Source: Octopus sinensis
Taxonomy: Eukaryota
Length of the DNA: 64,000 nt
Assembly (NCBI RefSeq): GCF_006345805.1
Contig: NC_043000.1
Location: 145,328,001 to 145,392,000 of the forward strand
Direction of reading: 5' to 3'
How positions within the stretch are numbered: position 1 is the stretch's first letter; every line of letters begins with the position of its first letter. The translations under genes and the position numbers were made by a program. Positions 24,902-39,143 of this stretch are shown here, in pieces. The notes under the pieces are model-generated. The model was not told the origin of the DNA, did no database searches, and worked only from the letters and a program-made list of their open reading frames with translations.

Positions 24902-27268
24902 AGCAGTTCAAGGAGAGTGAATTATTTTGATGTTTATCACTGTACATTTACTAAAGTTAATGAAGATATCTGAATCTCGGTGTTGTGCTGGAAAATTTCA
25001 GCTATCTGAGGAGAAAAACAGAGTTGTATAAAACCACCCATAGAAGTAATTCTCGCGAAAACAAGTAAATACAAATCAATAAAAATACAGTTATTATTTA
25101 ATAAGACAGGGCTGATTTACATTCCAGATAAGTTATTGAATTAAATCAAGGATTAAGATAAGGCGTCTGTGAATTTTTAATCAATGAATGTTTTCATGTG
25201 GTTGTATTGGCAGTCTTATATCTTCAATAATATTTAAATAGATAGGATTTCCAGCCTGACTGAAAAAGCATATATATTTATCGTACACTTTCACAGATTA
25301 TTTTCAAAAATTTCATCTTGGAAATTTATTTCCTAAAGCGGATGTATTTTTTCTTGAGCCAAATACACGGGGAATTAAGTAGAGCTACGGTCCATGTTGG
25401 AAAATAAAATGGCCGATTGGATAACTCTTACATGTAGCCAGACACTGATGTATGCCGGGAGTACTTCCTTCACAAAATAGGATTTATACATCATATTTCA
25501 ACCTGAGATGTTGTCATAATTTTTTATATTATTATTATGTTACCTGGCACAATTCAGCGCACGAACATGGAAGAAAGAAAATTTTAAAACATTTAAAGTG
25601 TTTGGAATGGTGATCAAAAATGCTTTCAGAACCATATGGAGTGGCTATAGGTCATACATACACAAAATCACTTGGTCGCATAAATTGTTTCATGTAAGCA
25701 TTTCTATAACGTTTCAATGATGCTGCGTAAAAGTTCAAACGGTATTTGTAGGTTGGAACATTAAAAAATAATATTGGAGCCAAGTTCGTATGGATTGTAT
25801 TGACATAGGAGAATGAAAGTCAGTTTGAACACGAGTAGAGATTCAAGCACGCGATTTGGCATATGTAACTAATTTTCATAAGCTTTTCCGCGGGAATCTT
25901 CTATAAAAGGGACAGGTATGGAGTAACTATGCCACCGCTCGTGTTACAAGTGCGTCCTGTATGTTCTTTTTACTCCTCCATCAATATTTGCTTCTGTATA
26001 ATATCTAAGCATTTGAAGACTTCCGTGGAATATGTTAAGAATTCCCAAAAGTGAAGTAAAAGTACAAAATATTACCGGATAATTAGTGACTTAAATCAAT
26101 ACAACTTTCATCACAATATCAGCCTTATAGTAACTAATTGCATTGAAAGCATTTCAGGTAGTTCGTGTTACCAAATATTTTGAAAGCAGAATTTTAAAGC
26201 TCATATGTTGCCGTAGAACTAAATGAAATCTAAAGATTATGGATGCCACATACTTAATATTTATGTTTTAATTAAACGCTTATTAACAACGGAATTTCAT
26301 CCAGAGAATGTACCTTAAAGATTTCGAGTGCTAAACAAGTCCCTGAATTCCTTAGAACCAGGTGAAACGAATCGGTCCATCGATGAAGCTAAACAGTAGA
26401 TATCGATATTTCGTTGTTATTCCAGCTCACGGGCACGGTATAATCAAGCCAACCAAGAAACGAATTGAAATTGCTGATCTGAGGTATATATGCAAATAGT
26501 GCAGATTTTCAACACCACAAGTATCACAAAATTAAATTCGGAATATCTAATTTCTAATAATGTAAATAGTATTGATGTGACATATTTAGTATATATGTTT
26601 TGTTTAGTGGAATATAGTCGATCGCAGATGAAATACCAACCACATATACTAGTGGACAACAAGTGTTTGACAACACTTTAAAACAAAAGTTACTGAGCAA
26701 AATATTCTCTAAACATGCTTTCCACATAATGTATTAAGACAGAATAAATGAAATTGATTACTTTTCGAGGAATTCAAGTAAATAGAGTTGGACACCCACT
26801 GAACAAGGAGTAGATAATTTAAATTATAATATATATCGAAGTTTCATTGCATTGCTAGGAAAAAAGAAATTTTAACACATTTCTTTAACATTGCACTATA
26901 CAGAAACCATCATTTTCATTACTACATATGTCAGATTGATACTCTGCTTAGAGGCATTAGAAACTACTTGCTTTCCTTCTTTTATACGAATTTGCATAGC
27001 AATTTAAGGCAAATCAACTTATTGTAATTCGTTTCCCTACGAAATTACATGAGTTATTTCAGATATTTAAATTCACAGAATTTTATCTTGATGGTATGTA
27101 TGAAATGATTTTCTCTGCTGAGAAGTTGGCAAGTGCGATTTCTGCAACGATAATGCACCTCACTTCGATTCCTACACTTAAGTACTGCACTATACGTAAA
27201 TTATTTGCATCTGTAAAATTCACACACACGCACACACACACACACACATGCAAACAGTAACTTGCATT

Positions 27269-27305
<37 letters not shown>

Positions 27306-27429
27306 TAATACACAGGTGAGTGCACACGCATAAACACATATGCACATATATATACGGTTGAGTATATAAACAAAATGGCTGCTCATTTCTCTGGGATTGG
27401 TCAAATGTATGTAGACACCATCGAGGAGA

Positions 27430-28050
27430 ATCTATATAGGTTCCAATATCGATGAAGCCTACTCATCATTTTTTCAATTCTCATGGAGAAATCATACAAG
27501 CTTAATAATCAGAGAGGTAACACTGCACTTAACAACAAGGGTGCCGACAAGGCATGTATGAATGCAAAACCAACTCTTAATCAAACGTATGATCTTTGAG
27601 AACTGTCATACGAGACACAGAAATCCCAGTTCCGCTTCGATTGATTATATAAAGGCCTTTCACAGCATACCTCATTCATAGATCTTGAAATAATTGGATA
27701 TCATAACAATGTCTCCTGTGATTTTAAACTTCCTGGAGCACAACATCTCTGTGTGGAATACGAATCTCCAATTAAGCCACCCTCATAAAGTTCTGACCAC
27801 CAAAATATTAATTTCAACGGAGGCTTTTTCCAAAGTGACTCAATTTCACCGCTAAGTTTTTGCATAGCTCTAATACTCCTCACAAGTAAACTTAACACAG
27901 CAGGCTATGCGTACAAAATTATGATAATGAGCTTTAAGGACTTTAACGAGATGGAATGTGGTCTTGATAAAAAAGTTGCGAAGGGCACATTTATAAAAGG
28001 ACTCGACTAGGAACAAACTAACAAATACCTCGGAATAAATTATGACTCTT
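27430..28050 (+). mobile_element. Dong/R4-clade RT remnant (motifs 2-4)
   Basis: QGCRQG...QLLIKRMIFENC, IDYIKAFHSIPHS, FFQSDSISPLSFCIALI, KYLGIN. Confidence 0.75.
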
Positions 28051-28064
28051 GCATAATGATTCTG

Positions 28065-28579
28065 TGCTGTACCAGGCAGTGGCTCTCATGGCTTTTGATC
28101 TTAAATAATTGGAAGTGTTATCATGTATATTGTTCTGTCTTTGTAGAAAAGATGGGCTACAGCAAACATTCTGCTCAATACTTACAGATTTGCATGTCAG
28201 TTGTTTGTTCTTAACCAGTTGATCATGCCCCTTAGTGGTTGACAATATGCGTATCTCTGATCACGAGCAGATGTTGAGGTGGAACATCATACCCATGTGT
28301 TCAGAGGACGTCTTTGCAAATTCGATAATTCACCATTGCAAAAAAGGGTGTTTCAGTCAACGTCCTTAAACGATCCTTATTCAGATATCTTTTGAGTGGA
28401 ATGAGATACTCGACCTGAAGAAAATTCTAACTGCAAGGTCTGTTTATCTTGCTATCAGATTACACGTCGTGCACATATGGTTGTGATACATGTAGTTGGT
28501 GTACCCTTATCCGACGGGTAGGCATGATTGTTATCCTGGGCTTCGTGACACTTTGATTGTATGCACTTCTCTCCCACTC

Positions 28580-28580
<1 letters not shown>
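28065..28580 (+). mobile_element. Repeat family D (~550 bp, AAT-tailed)
   Basis: Matches 30455-31006, 43460-43858, 51140-51425 and 52225-52520; ends cactca(ata)n. Confidence 0.75.
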
Positions 28581-28623
<43 letters not shown>

Positions 28624-28637
28624 TAATAATAATAATA

Positions 28638-28700
<63 letters not shown>

Positions 28701-28716
28701 TGGAGATTTAAATAGA

Positions 28717-28895
28717 AGGCCCGGTAGCTCTCTAACAAAAAGGTCTGTCTCGTAGGAACAGCAAGGATTATCAGAGAGGATCGAAGCACTTAATCACTGT
28801 TGAAAATTTGTGGATTACTAAGGTCACAGGTAGTAACACGCTACCCATAAAAATCCTACCAGGAATATGATCAATCCTGAGCCAAATTAAAATAA
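28717..28895 (+). mobile_element. Dong/R4 3' terminus
   Basis: QKGLSRRNSKDYQ region corresponds to LGTAxIIR-like end; 3' UTR matches 42780-42880. Confidence 0.55.
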
Positions 28896-29048
28896 TGTAT
28901 ACGTATATATGTATGCGCATATGTGCTAAAGCTCACACACACACACCCACACACACACAAACACACGCACATATATAGTGCTTCCTGGTACTTAATGTAT
29001 CCACCCCAGAAGGATGAAAAGCAAAGTCGACCTCAGTGGAATTCGAAC

Positions 29049-29079
<31 letters not shown>

Positions 29080-29229
29080 AAGAAGAAGAAGAAGAAGAAG
29101 AAGAAGAAGAAAAAGACGAAGACGAAGAAGATAAAGAAGGAGGAGGAGAAGAAGGAGGAGAAGAATGAGATCCTTAATAAGCTTGCAGATGTAAAACACG
29201 CCAATATGCATTACAGAGAACCACATTTT

Positions 29230-30410
29230 TAGCTCTCAAATACAATCCAAAATTGGAAACCAATTAATATTGGAGACTATGTAACAAAGGAAATTATACA
29301 AGAATTAAAACCAGATCTCACTAAATTAAATGGCATTATTATGCAGTTGCTAAAACAATTGAATCCAGTTGTATGCCTCTGAAAAAGAAAACATAGAAAT
29401 ACAAACCTGATAAGAATTCCAAACTGGAAACTTATTATTGAAAAGCGATTGAAATGATACGAGGTGAAATATCAATACTGAATAAACTAAATCGTAGAAA
29501 GAATGTAAAAATCAGAAAAGGAAGAAAGATGAAGAGAAAACACAGATTCTAGCCAAGGGTAGAATTTCTTTTAACAAAAGAGACACTGCAACAAAAAGTC
29601 CAAACGAATTCTCAAAGAATACGAAGGTTTGAGATGAGAAACAAGTTTTACAAGAAAAATAAACTGTTTACATCCAATGCGAAAACATTCTACAAAAAAA
29701 TAGGGAAGTAGAATATAACTGTTGAAGACACCCCCTGTCTACCATAAGTTAAAAACTTTTGAAAAATATCTAGAATAATGAAAATACTAAGAAGGAAAAT
29801 GCAAACTAGATTACACACAGAACTCACCTACTAAAACTTAACAGACCAAGTATGGGATTCATAACATAACAGACCTAAAGACGATACTCACGAAGGATCA
29901 TAAGAGGAAATCAGCTGATAGTGGTAGGGTGCTAAATTTCACCTCGAATCCATGCGCACACGAAGCGTTAGCCCAGTTATTCATAAAAATTATGAGAGTG
30001 AATAAAATTTGGAATCTGCGGAGGTTTAAAAAGGATAACAAAACAGGACAGTAAAAACAAAACAGTAAAAACAAATGCCAAGGGCTGTTAAGCCATAACG
30101 AGTTGAAGTGGTGATCGCTGTGTAAACAAGCTTTGACAGGAGACAGACAAGAAAAACACGATACAAGAGACAACTGAAACGTTTGCCTGTCTCCTGTCTC
30201 CTGGGAACAGCGAGCAAAAATCTTGAGAATTACTTGGAACAAATAGTGGGTGGAATAAGGTTGGAGCACTTGGAGAAAACAGCACTGCTTGGAACCGCCC
30301 GAATACTCCAGAAGTTCCTCGAAAATAAGAGGTGTTACTTTAGTTCAGTGGTAGTGAACCGCTGACACCGTAGTACATCTCCAGCGTTAGAAGATGTGCA
30401 AAGGTATTAA
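29230..30410 (+). mobile_element. Dong/R4 remnant (pre-RT region fused to RLE C-terminus)
   Basis: LQQKVQTNSQRIRRFEMRNKFYKKNKLFTSNAKTFYKKIG, then LGTASKNLENYLEQI...LEKTALLGTARILQKFLE. Confidence 0.7.
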
Positions 30411-30454
30411 TAACAAAAACAACAACAGCAAGAAGAAGAAGAAGAAATACCATG

Positions 30455-31006
30455 ATACAATACCAGGCAGTGACGCTCAAGTCTTCTGATCTTAACTAAT
30501 TGGAAATATTATCATGTTCATTGACTTGTCTTGGTTTAACAGATAGGCTATAGTAAATATTCTGCTCAATACCCCAGATTTGCATGTCAATTGCTTGACC
30601 TTCACAAGTTGAGCATGTCCCTTAGTGGCTTAGGATATGTGCATCTCTGACCACAAGCAGAAGTAGTGGGGTAACATCTTAGCCGTGGCTGGAGAGTAAC
30701 TTTTTTCAGGGTTTGAATAATACCATCTGGAAACGTTGGTGTTTTGTTCACCATCCTTAAACAAACCTCATTCAGGGGCATTTGGAGCGGGATGGGCTAC
30801 TCAATCTTAAAAACATTCTAACTGGACTCCACCTGCTTGGCCATGCGCTGTGTATCTTGATATAAGATCACCATATCATACGCATATGTTTGTGATGCAT
30901 GTGCCTAGCGTACCCTTATCCGACGGGTAGTCATGATGGTTATATTGAGCTTCGTAAAATTGTATCCCTGTGTCACTTTGATGACATGCGCTGCTTTCCC
31001 ACTCAG
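30455..31006 (+). mobile_element. Repeat family D
   Basis: Matches 28065-28580 end to end; followed by (GAT)n 31007-31091. Confidence 0.75.
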
Positions 31007-31008
31007 TA

Positions 31009-31040
<32 letters not shown>

Positions 31041-31985
31041 AATGATGATGATGATGACGATGATGACGATGATGATGATGATGATGATGATGTATTGCTA
31101 GTAATATTTTGTTGTGAAACTTTAGATTACGTTAAGTGTCAATACATAAAGAATTAATCTTTCAGGTCCAAACCCAGATCTGTGAATCTCTAAATGGAAA
31201 ACGGGGAAGAAGAATAGGTGGCAAAAGGAAAAGAAGTTATTGAAACAATATATGATAATTAGGTAGACAGAAATAAATAAAATATATCAAATAAAAAGTA
31301 ATATAGTTACGTAAATTTTATGTAACATTGGTCAAAATACCGACAGGTAGACAGTATTGGCATAAACAATTCCTGTAAGTGCAGTCTACCATAATGAAAG
31401 TTGTATAGATAATACAGTGTTAACCTAAAGACATGAATTTCAAATTTTATGAAATTGTCTAAATTGACCAAAATAATATGGACATATCATTTAATTAGTA
31501 GCTAAGTATAAATCTGTTGACAGACGCGTGTTAACCGAGAAAGAAAAGAAGAACAAATGAACATAATATATGTGCCAGTCGTTGATTTAATATTCAGGTA
31601 ATCTGATGGTAACAATAAATAATACTGTTTTGAGGTCTTTCGTAAATTCTCATTCGTCGTTGGATAAGTTTGGATAAATTTGGATGCTATTATATTTGTG
31701 TATTGCTTAAGAAAATTTAACTTCCCTCGTCACTGCATTCTTTACGAACTTAATAGATTAATCATCATTTTTACTTCATTCTGTCGAACCAAATTGTGAA
31801 AGTCTGGTGCTTCGTATATACACTGGTACCACGTCCTTGTATTGAGCATCGGTGTAAATAGAGAAGATCGTTCATCATTCAATGTGGAATTTTAACACAT
31901 TGTTGACAAAAGTCGATACGTTGGAATAAATGTTTAATAGCAGTGTGTTACGATTTCAGGCACGTACCTATCCTAAGTAGGCTTA

Positions 31986-32035
31986 GTAAGAATTATATAT
32001 CATACACTTGGTAAGAATTATATATCATACACTTG
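31986..32035. repeat. Perfect 25-bp tandem duplication
   Basis: gtaagaattatatatcatacacttg twice. Confidence 0.95.
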
Positions 32036-32832
32036 TGGGTGATCAGTTACATATAAGGTGTCATAGTAGGGTTGTTGAAGAGCCAGAAACCTGCAGTTCA
32101 TTAATAAAGCATGCAATAAGGTAATGCATTATCCCTGTTGATGGATAATATGGGCTGTTGAAGTACCTGCAGTTTCTCAAGAAGGCAAATTTCACAATTA
32201 CAATCTAAAACTGAGTAAGGAGGAGCGCTGTCAAAGATATTCCATTTGATGTTAGAGTAGGCATTCGGATAATGTCATAGTATTGAAAGAGAACTGTAAA
32301 ACCTTCTCCTTCTCCACACCTGATTGCGTGCATTTATTTTTTATATATTTCCTTAAGCTTATTGACTCTTATATATATGTTTTGTCTAGTGATGCTTTCG
32401 GCTGGTGTGAGGGTGATTCTATCGATTTTTACCTTTCAAATGCAGGATTTTCCTCTTGGGCACTAAGTAGAATTTCGGAGGTAACATGTTGCTTTGTGAT
32501 GTAGGTGTAATTGCGTCATATGTAGCGTTCGATATTTGAAATTATATTAACCAGGCTTGAGTAGCTAACTTTGGTGTAATACATAAACTCTTTTTATTAC
32601 GTTTAACATTCAATGCTATTCTTAGCTTACCACATAAATCATCTTCTCGATGGCTTTACGTGACATACGATTTAATACTTGTTTATAAATTGGTTGGAAA
32701 TCAGAATTGTGCAGTACCCGGTTTCTTAATTCTCTTTGTACTACTTGAAAGTCATGTTTTGTGCCTCCCTCAAAATCATAATTTCACGCGACAAAAAGTG
32801 ACTTTTCTGTGAGATGGTATAATCAATTACAT

Positions 32833-33067
32833 TGAAGGCGGCGAGCTGGCAGAAACGTTAGTATGCCGGGCGAAATGCGTAGCCGTATTACGTCTGCCGC
32901 TACATTCTGAGTTCAAATTCCACCGAGGTCGACTTTACCTTTCATCCTTTCGAGGTCGATAAATTAAGTACCAGTTATGCACCGGCATCGATATAATCGA
33001 TTTAATCCGTTTGTCTGTCTTTGTTTGTCCTCTCCGTGTTTATCCCCTTGTGGGTAGTAAAGAAATA
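32833..33067 (+). mobile_element. SINE family B with 17-bp TSD
   Basis: TSD ggtataatcaattacat at 32816-32832 and 33068-33084. Confidence 0.95.
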
Positions 33068-34551
33068 GGTATAATCAATTACATCATACCCAGTACTTGT
33101 ATGGTACATATTTTATCAATGCCCAATTTGGGTAACAGTGGTGGCAAGGGTGGTATTTGCACTCAAGCTATAAATGGGCATTACATACCACTATATGTTT
33201 TATTCGTAGCGTTTCCGGCTTCTGTAATACAGTTTCTTCTCTTGATGCATACAATGTAACGCTATATATTTCTCTTGTGAGTTAGATGATTTTAAATATG
33301 ATTTTATCAGTTGTTTTCTCATCGCTATGTTTCATTCGACAAGGAACATTACATTAAACGCAAAACGATTAATGCAATAAAATAAGACAGAATGCAATTT
33401 ATTCTATGTGACTGCAGAGATAACCAAATATATAAACAATATTATGCGCCCCTTCTTTCTTATTGTATTATGTGTATTCTTTTTCTTCTTGAGAAGAGTA
33501 TGCAAAATAATAGTTGAAATCATAGAAACATGGTAAATCAGAATTTTATACGATAGAAATGAAAATATTGATAAAAACTAGAGATAATTATTTGAAATAT
33601 AGCATGGAAACAGTCAAGTATGGCGACTGTATTTTCAGTTGCTATGATCAGTGAAAGATTGCAAATAATCTGAAATATACAAGGAAAGGTATATGCATAT
33701 GTTTGTGTTTGAATTTGCAAGTGTTTATATTGAGACGCCGCCATCAATTCTGTTTTGAGATTTTTCTATCTTTGCCTAGAATATATTTCAGTAAATCTTG
33801 CTTGTTTTTGAAAGTATTCGAGATACTTACACTCTAATTTACAATAGCTATTTTTCAGAGACACAAATGTTTCAAACTATATATAAAATCTTTCCGTTTA
33901 TGAGACGCATTCTTGCTAGCAGATGTTAACTACTCCCAGGTGCAACGCTCTCTCTTTGTCACTCCTTTTGTTAACAAGTCGTCGTTTGCAAGGAATATTA
34001 ACAATAATTTGTCTTAAAATGCACTCAATTTAAATCTCAATAGTGCGCTTCTCTTTGTCAGGCTGTAAATCAAATCATCGTTAAAGTGTATGATCGCACG
34101 ACCTTACGCGATTTATTAACCTTCTACTTCAAAATCAAATCATACAAACTGAAAAAATGTGTAACTATGTTGTTTAATAGCCTTGTACATACACACTATA
34201 AATCCGACTTAAAGAAGGAAGATTGAAGCTCGTAATCCTTATATTATTAGTGCTCAATTATCAGCACTTACTGCGGCTAAGCAGCAGGGGAATCACATTT
34301 ATTTCAGTATTTTATGTTATACGTTAAAGACATTAACTGACCACTTCCATAAGATTCACTTATTTCGGTGATTATTGTCATGACATTTGTTGATGATTTT
34401 TTTATTGCACAGTACAGGTATTTTTCTCTGGTACACTATAACAGATTTTTTCCTAGAATGTCTGAAACAGTTAATCTCCTACCATAAGTACATATATAAT
34501 TAAATTTGACTATCCGAGTAGATTAAATGTATTTGGTTACTTACTGAACAC

Positions 34552-35210
34552 ACGAGTGCTTTGCAGAAAAGTTCCTGGCTTTGGGTAAAACAAAATAGAG
34601 GAGGATCAGTTAATTACGATCATATTCAACATATTCCCCTCTCAGATTCACACATTTATTGCAGCGGTCCTTCAGTTTTTCTAAGACCTCTAAAAAGAAG
34701 TCGACCTCCAACTAGGCCTATGCAGTAGCCACCACTTCCGACTCGGAGTGAAATTTCGTTCTCTTGATATGTTTTATTAGTTGTGGAAAGATGTGGTAGT
34801 CGAAGTCGGGAGAGTCAGGGGGTGGTCTACATATTTGAAGCCAAAGTTGCATATTTTCTGTAGAGTTTTATGTGCTGTTGTGTGTTGGTGCATTGTCCTG
34901 CAAGGTTGGACATTCTGGCTCAGCTTTCCAAGGCGTTTCTGTTTCAAATCTTTATGCAGTTGGGTCAACAAAGACATGTAGGTTTCTGCGGTGATGGTTC
35001 TACTCTTTTAGTAGATATTCTATGAAGAGTACTCGCTCTTAGTCACAGAACACTGAAGCCAAAATCTTACCACCTGATTTATGGGTCCGAACCTTCTCGC
35101 GAGGCAATAAATGCGGTCGCGGAATTTCGCCGTTCTCACTGGAGTTAACCTATGACATGGAAATAATCAGTCTGAAACAATGATACCCAGATTTTTCCTG
35201 TGGTTTAAGA
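34552..35210 (-). mobile_element. mariner remnant, 3' half
   Basis: TIR-like acgagtgctttgcagaaaagttcctggc; reverse strand has decayed GKILAS(VFWD), QDNA and HPPxSPD...DYH motifs. Confidence 0.65.
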
Positions 35211-35564
35211 TGGGCAGCAATAATTCCGGGCTCTATTCATCTCCCATAGATTTCCGCAGCGATTTTGTCTTGCAAAATAACTTCATGAAATAGGTGCTTC
35301 CCTTTTACCAAAATCCATCGTAGGAGCTGCTATTATGTATTAAATCGGCATAAATATAGTTATATTGTACACCATCATTATTTCTTTACAATTTTCTGAA
35401 GATATTTTCTCAATTGCACCTGCTTTCCAAATTTAGATTTGCAAATCCAATATAAACTGTAGATAGTTTCCTTTAACTATAGAATCTGTGGAACACCTCC
35501 TCTCTCTTACTTACTCTCTTCCTTCCCACTTGTCTGTCTCTTTCCCCCTCTTTCCTCTCTATCC

Positions 35565-35606
<42 letters not shown>

Positions 35607-36804
35607 CTCTACGCTCGTATCCGTTTAATTCATCAGAATCTAAATCTGTTTTGAAGAACACTATTACATTTTATTAGAGAATATTTTCAACGACTTATAA
35701 AAATAACCTACCACCTGACAGTCTAAGGTGTATGCGCCCATTGTAATATTATTTCTACCTATATAGTAATTATTTTTAAAAGCCACTCTTCCTAATTATA
35801 TATCTGAGCCTGCCATCACCAGAACACACTTTCAGTGGCTTTTGTAAATGACATACATATTTGTGGCGAATGTTAAACTCCAGATGTAAATAGAATTATT
35901 GGCTGTAAGTCAGATGTCTTTGAGTATGATGAGGTGAAGTGGAACCGCACATTCAAAACACAAAATAGCCTAAACAATGAAAGTTTTTGCCTGGCAAAAG
36001 TGAAGAAATATCCTGAGGTAAATTGGCGGTATACTAAGAATCGAACTTTATTTTCAATAGTAACGCTATATGAACACGGACTTCAAAGAATATATTTACA
36101 AGTAACTACAATCAATATTATATTTTATAGCAAAACGGAACAAAACATTTTGAAAAACCAGTAAAATGTACTCTTACGATAAAGAACTAAACACTAAACA
36201 GTGTATTTGATTTCTTTATTAAACGCCAGTTTTCTGGTTGTTTCGAGCGTTACATATGTGTCAACTAATTTTAATTAAATTGTCTACTTATAAAGGATAG
36301 GATATTTTTTTCATAAATGCAAATGACAACACAGTTATTGACCATTGTGACAGATGTACTATTATTCATGTACAACAAACGATGTTCCAACACACATTAT
36401 GTTTTGTACTTTATCGCACTTTTTTGTTTTTTGGGTCAGATGTCAAAATGAAACAATAGGCAAAATGCTGATACGCGGCATTCTAACCAAACTTTTGTTC
36501 TATAACACTACACTACAATTTTAATCATTTCATACGCTGCTGGCTTTGTGTCGAAAGTTTTTCGTAATTATTATACATAGCATTTCCTGGAGATTTTTTT
36601 CTCAGCAGCATCTATGTTTTAGTTAGTCCTGTCCGCATTCATCAAGTGTTAAATGTTTTGTGATTCGTGAAATCCAATAATGTGAACGGGTCTCCACACC
36701 GTGCCGTTAGCATCCACAATCAGTTTTTCAGTGCTATCACATTTACTCGGTAAATCCCTAAATTTTGAAACTCACGACCACTCCCCACCTCTCTCTTTCT
36801 CTCA

Positions 36805-36843
<39 letters not shown>

Positions 36844-37681
36844 TCAAAAATATAGTATAATATTGTTTCAAAAGCAAAGAAGAAAATTAAGAAAACTATG
36901 TGTATTTTGAAAATTAATTGCTATACTTATATACATATACTTATATTTTTATCCTGTAATTAGGATATAATTTTTACATGTAGTCGGGGTTCCAACACTA
37001 GGCGTAAAGACACTAGCGGTGCCCAACTCATACTATTAACAGAGTTATTAGAATAGCACCACTGCACAAATGAGAGGTACAGTTGAGTATTTTCAATCTG
37101 ATGCAAAAAGAAAACGAAAAATAAAGCGTACAATACTCAGTATAACTAGGATCAATTAAATGCAAAGGTATGAAGATTACGACTATTAAATTATAGAGTG
37201 ATATTTCACTGCCGAAAAAGCACAAATAAAACAGAAAATATTCAAACAAACATGAGTGATGTAGGTTTAGATTGTCTGTTTATTTTACTACTATACACAG
37301 GCTGCACTAAAACAAAAACTGTGAGAATATTCTCGTCCAAGTTTTCTAGTGACATTAAACTTGATCTAAAAATAACGTTGAGCTACAGTTCACAACATAA
37401 CAACATAACTGAAGGTAATACAATCGCGAATCCCCCAACTACAAAACAGAAAATAGGTAATGGAATGACAAATATAGGACAGAACACATTAAAAATAAGA
37501 AAAATAAATTAACTCTGTACTAGCTACAACGGTACATATTCTAAAATTCGAACGATACAGAGACTAACATGGCTTCTATGGAAGGATGACAAGCAAGATC
37601 GTAAACCGTTCTATATCCTAAGGTGGTGCTCCAGCATGACCACAGTCAAATGACTCAAAACCGTATAAGGATATAAGGAAA

Positions 37682-37732
<51 letters not shown>

Positions 37733-39143
37733 CTTATATATATATTCCTTATATATATATATATATATATCACTTTCTTTCTTTCTTTCTCTTTCGTGAT
37801 GAAATTAAATTCAAAATTCATCTTCCTATTAATTTACTTTAACCTATACTATTAAAACATTATTTTTTTGTATTAGATTGTATCATTTTTCAACAGAGCT
37901 ATTACAAGGTTAACGCCTCATATTTTAAAGTGAAGTGTACACATTTTATCTCATTCCAAGAGATCTATCAAAAATAGTATATTCTTTGTAATTATATATC
38001 TGGGGCTTCCACCTCACCAAAAAGTTCTGGCTGGCGTGTGTCAATAGGACATATGATTCATATGTATTTGCACAAGCTGACAGAGTCCCCAGTTATTTAT
38101 TAAAATATCGGCTAGAAGCCAGTTTTGAATGAAAGTAGTTAGATGAAGTGGAACACTAAACATAAAATCATATATATAAAACACATAATGAAACCATTTT
38201 TCTCTGACAAAGTTGTAAAAATATCCTTAGGTACATTGGCACATTTTTTAAATAGTAACGAACCATTGCAGCCAACTTGAAAGAAAATATTTCTAAGTCA
38301 GAACAATCAGCATTATATTTCATAGCCAAATTGAAGAAAGCAATTTTTAAAAGAGTAAAATGTACTCTTAAAATGAAGAATCTAAACGGAATAGATATCT
38401 TGGTTATTATTTTGCCGTTGACTGAACACCTTAAGTCATGGAATATGTGTCTATATTCGCTCGATAATGAATGACACAATTTCACATGAACTGATGTCTA
38501 TGTACGCCTCTTCGTGCCTTCTTTCAATTTAAAATAAAGAATTATTAACATAGAATACATTGAATGATATGATTTACGCAATTATATTTTATGTTACTTC
38601 TATTACACATACAATGCCACTTTCCTTTGATGCTGATAAAGTTATGTTTGATCATTAGCACTAAATTCATATGGCATTACCATATTACATTGGTGTTCGT
38701 CAGCCTTGGACATGCAACGTGTTACCCCATAGTATAACTTAAAACAAATTTGAATTATATATTTCTAAGTTAATAATATTTCAGCATTTTAATGGGTTTA
38801 GTTTCTTTTTTATGCATTTCATGTTATACCTGCATTAATAAATGTTTCAAATATTTCTATAACATCCGATTTCTTTTTAAAATTACATAAATATTCTATT
38901 ACACACGTGTGGTACTTCCATCAATAGTCCACTTACGAGTTTGTCAAATTATGAAACTCGTAGAGTAGTGATAATTGTCATCTTAACAGTGTTTGGAACG
39001 AAAAACTCAACATCAATCAAATTTTATGACTTGATAGTCGAAACATGTTTATTGACTTTGTAGATCATTAAGACTAATGCCATTATTTCAATTCGAACGA
39101 AAATACATGATTGTGCATATCTATATAAGCCTCTTATTATATC

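Noticed and set aside
14850-25635. Phase-compatible minus-strand mini-gene (25635-25544, ~14920-14850, 7840)
   Set aside because: The joined ~53-aa peptide resembles nothing I know, splice sites are mediocre, and phase matching is expected by chance.
27538-27551. 12-bp match (agggtgccgaca) between the R4 RT remnant and the satellite unit
   Set aside because: Too short to exceed chance given all unit rotations and both strands.
38168-38485. 105-aa and similar 60-100 aa ORFs in unique AT-rich DNA (e.g. 44719, 14071)
   Set aside because: No recognisable motif, alternative start codons, and lengths compatible with chance.
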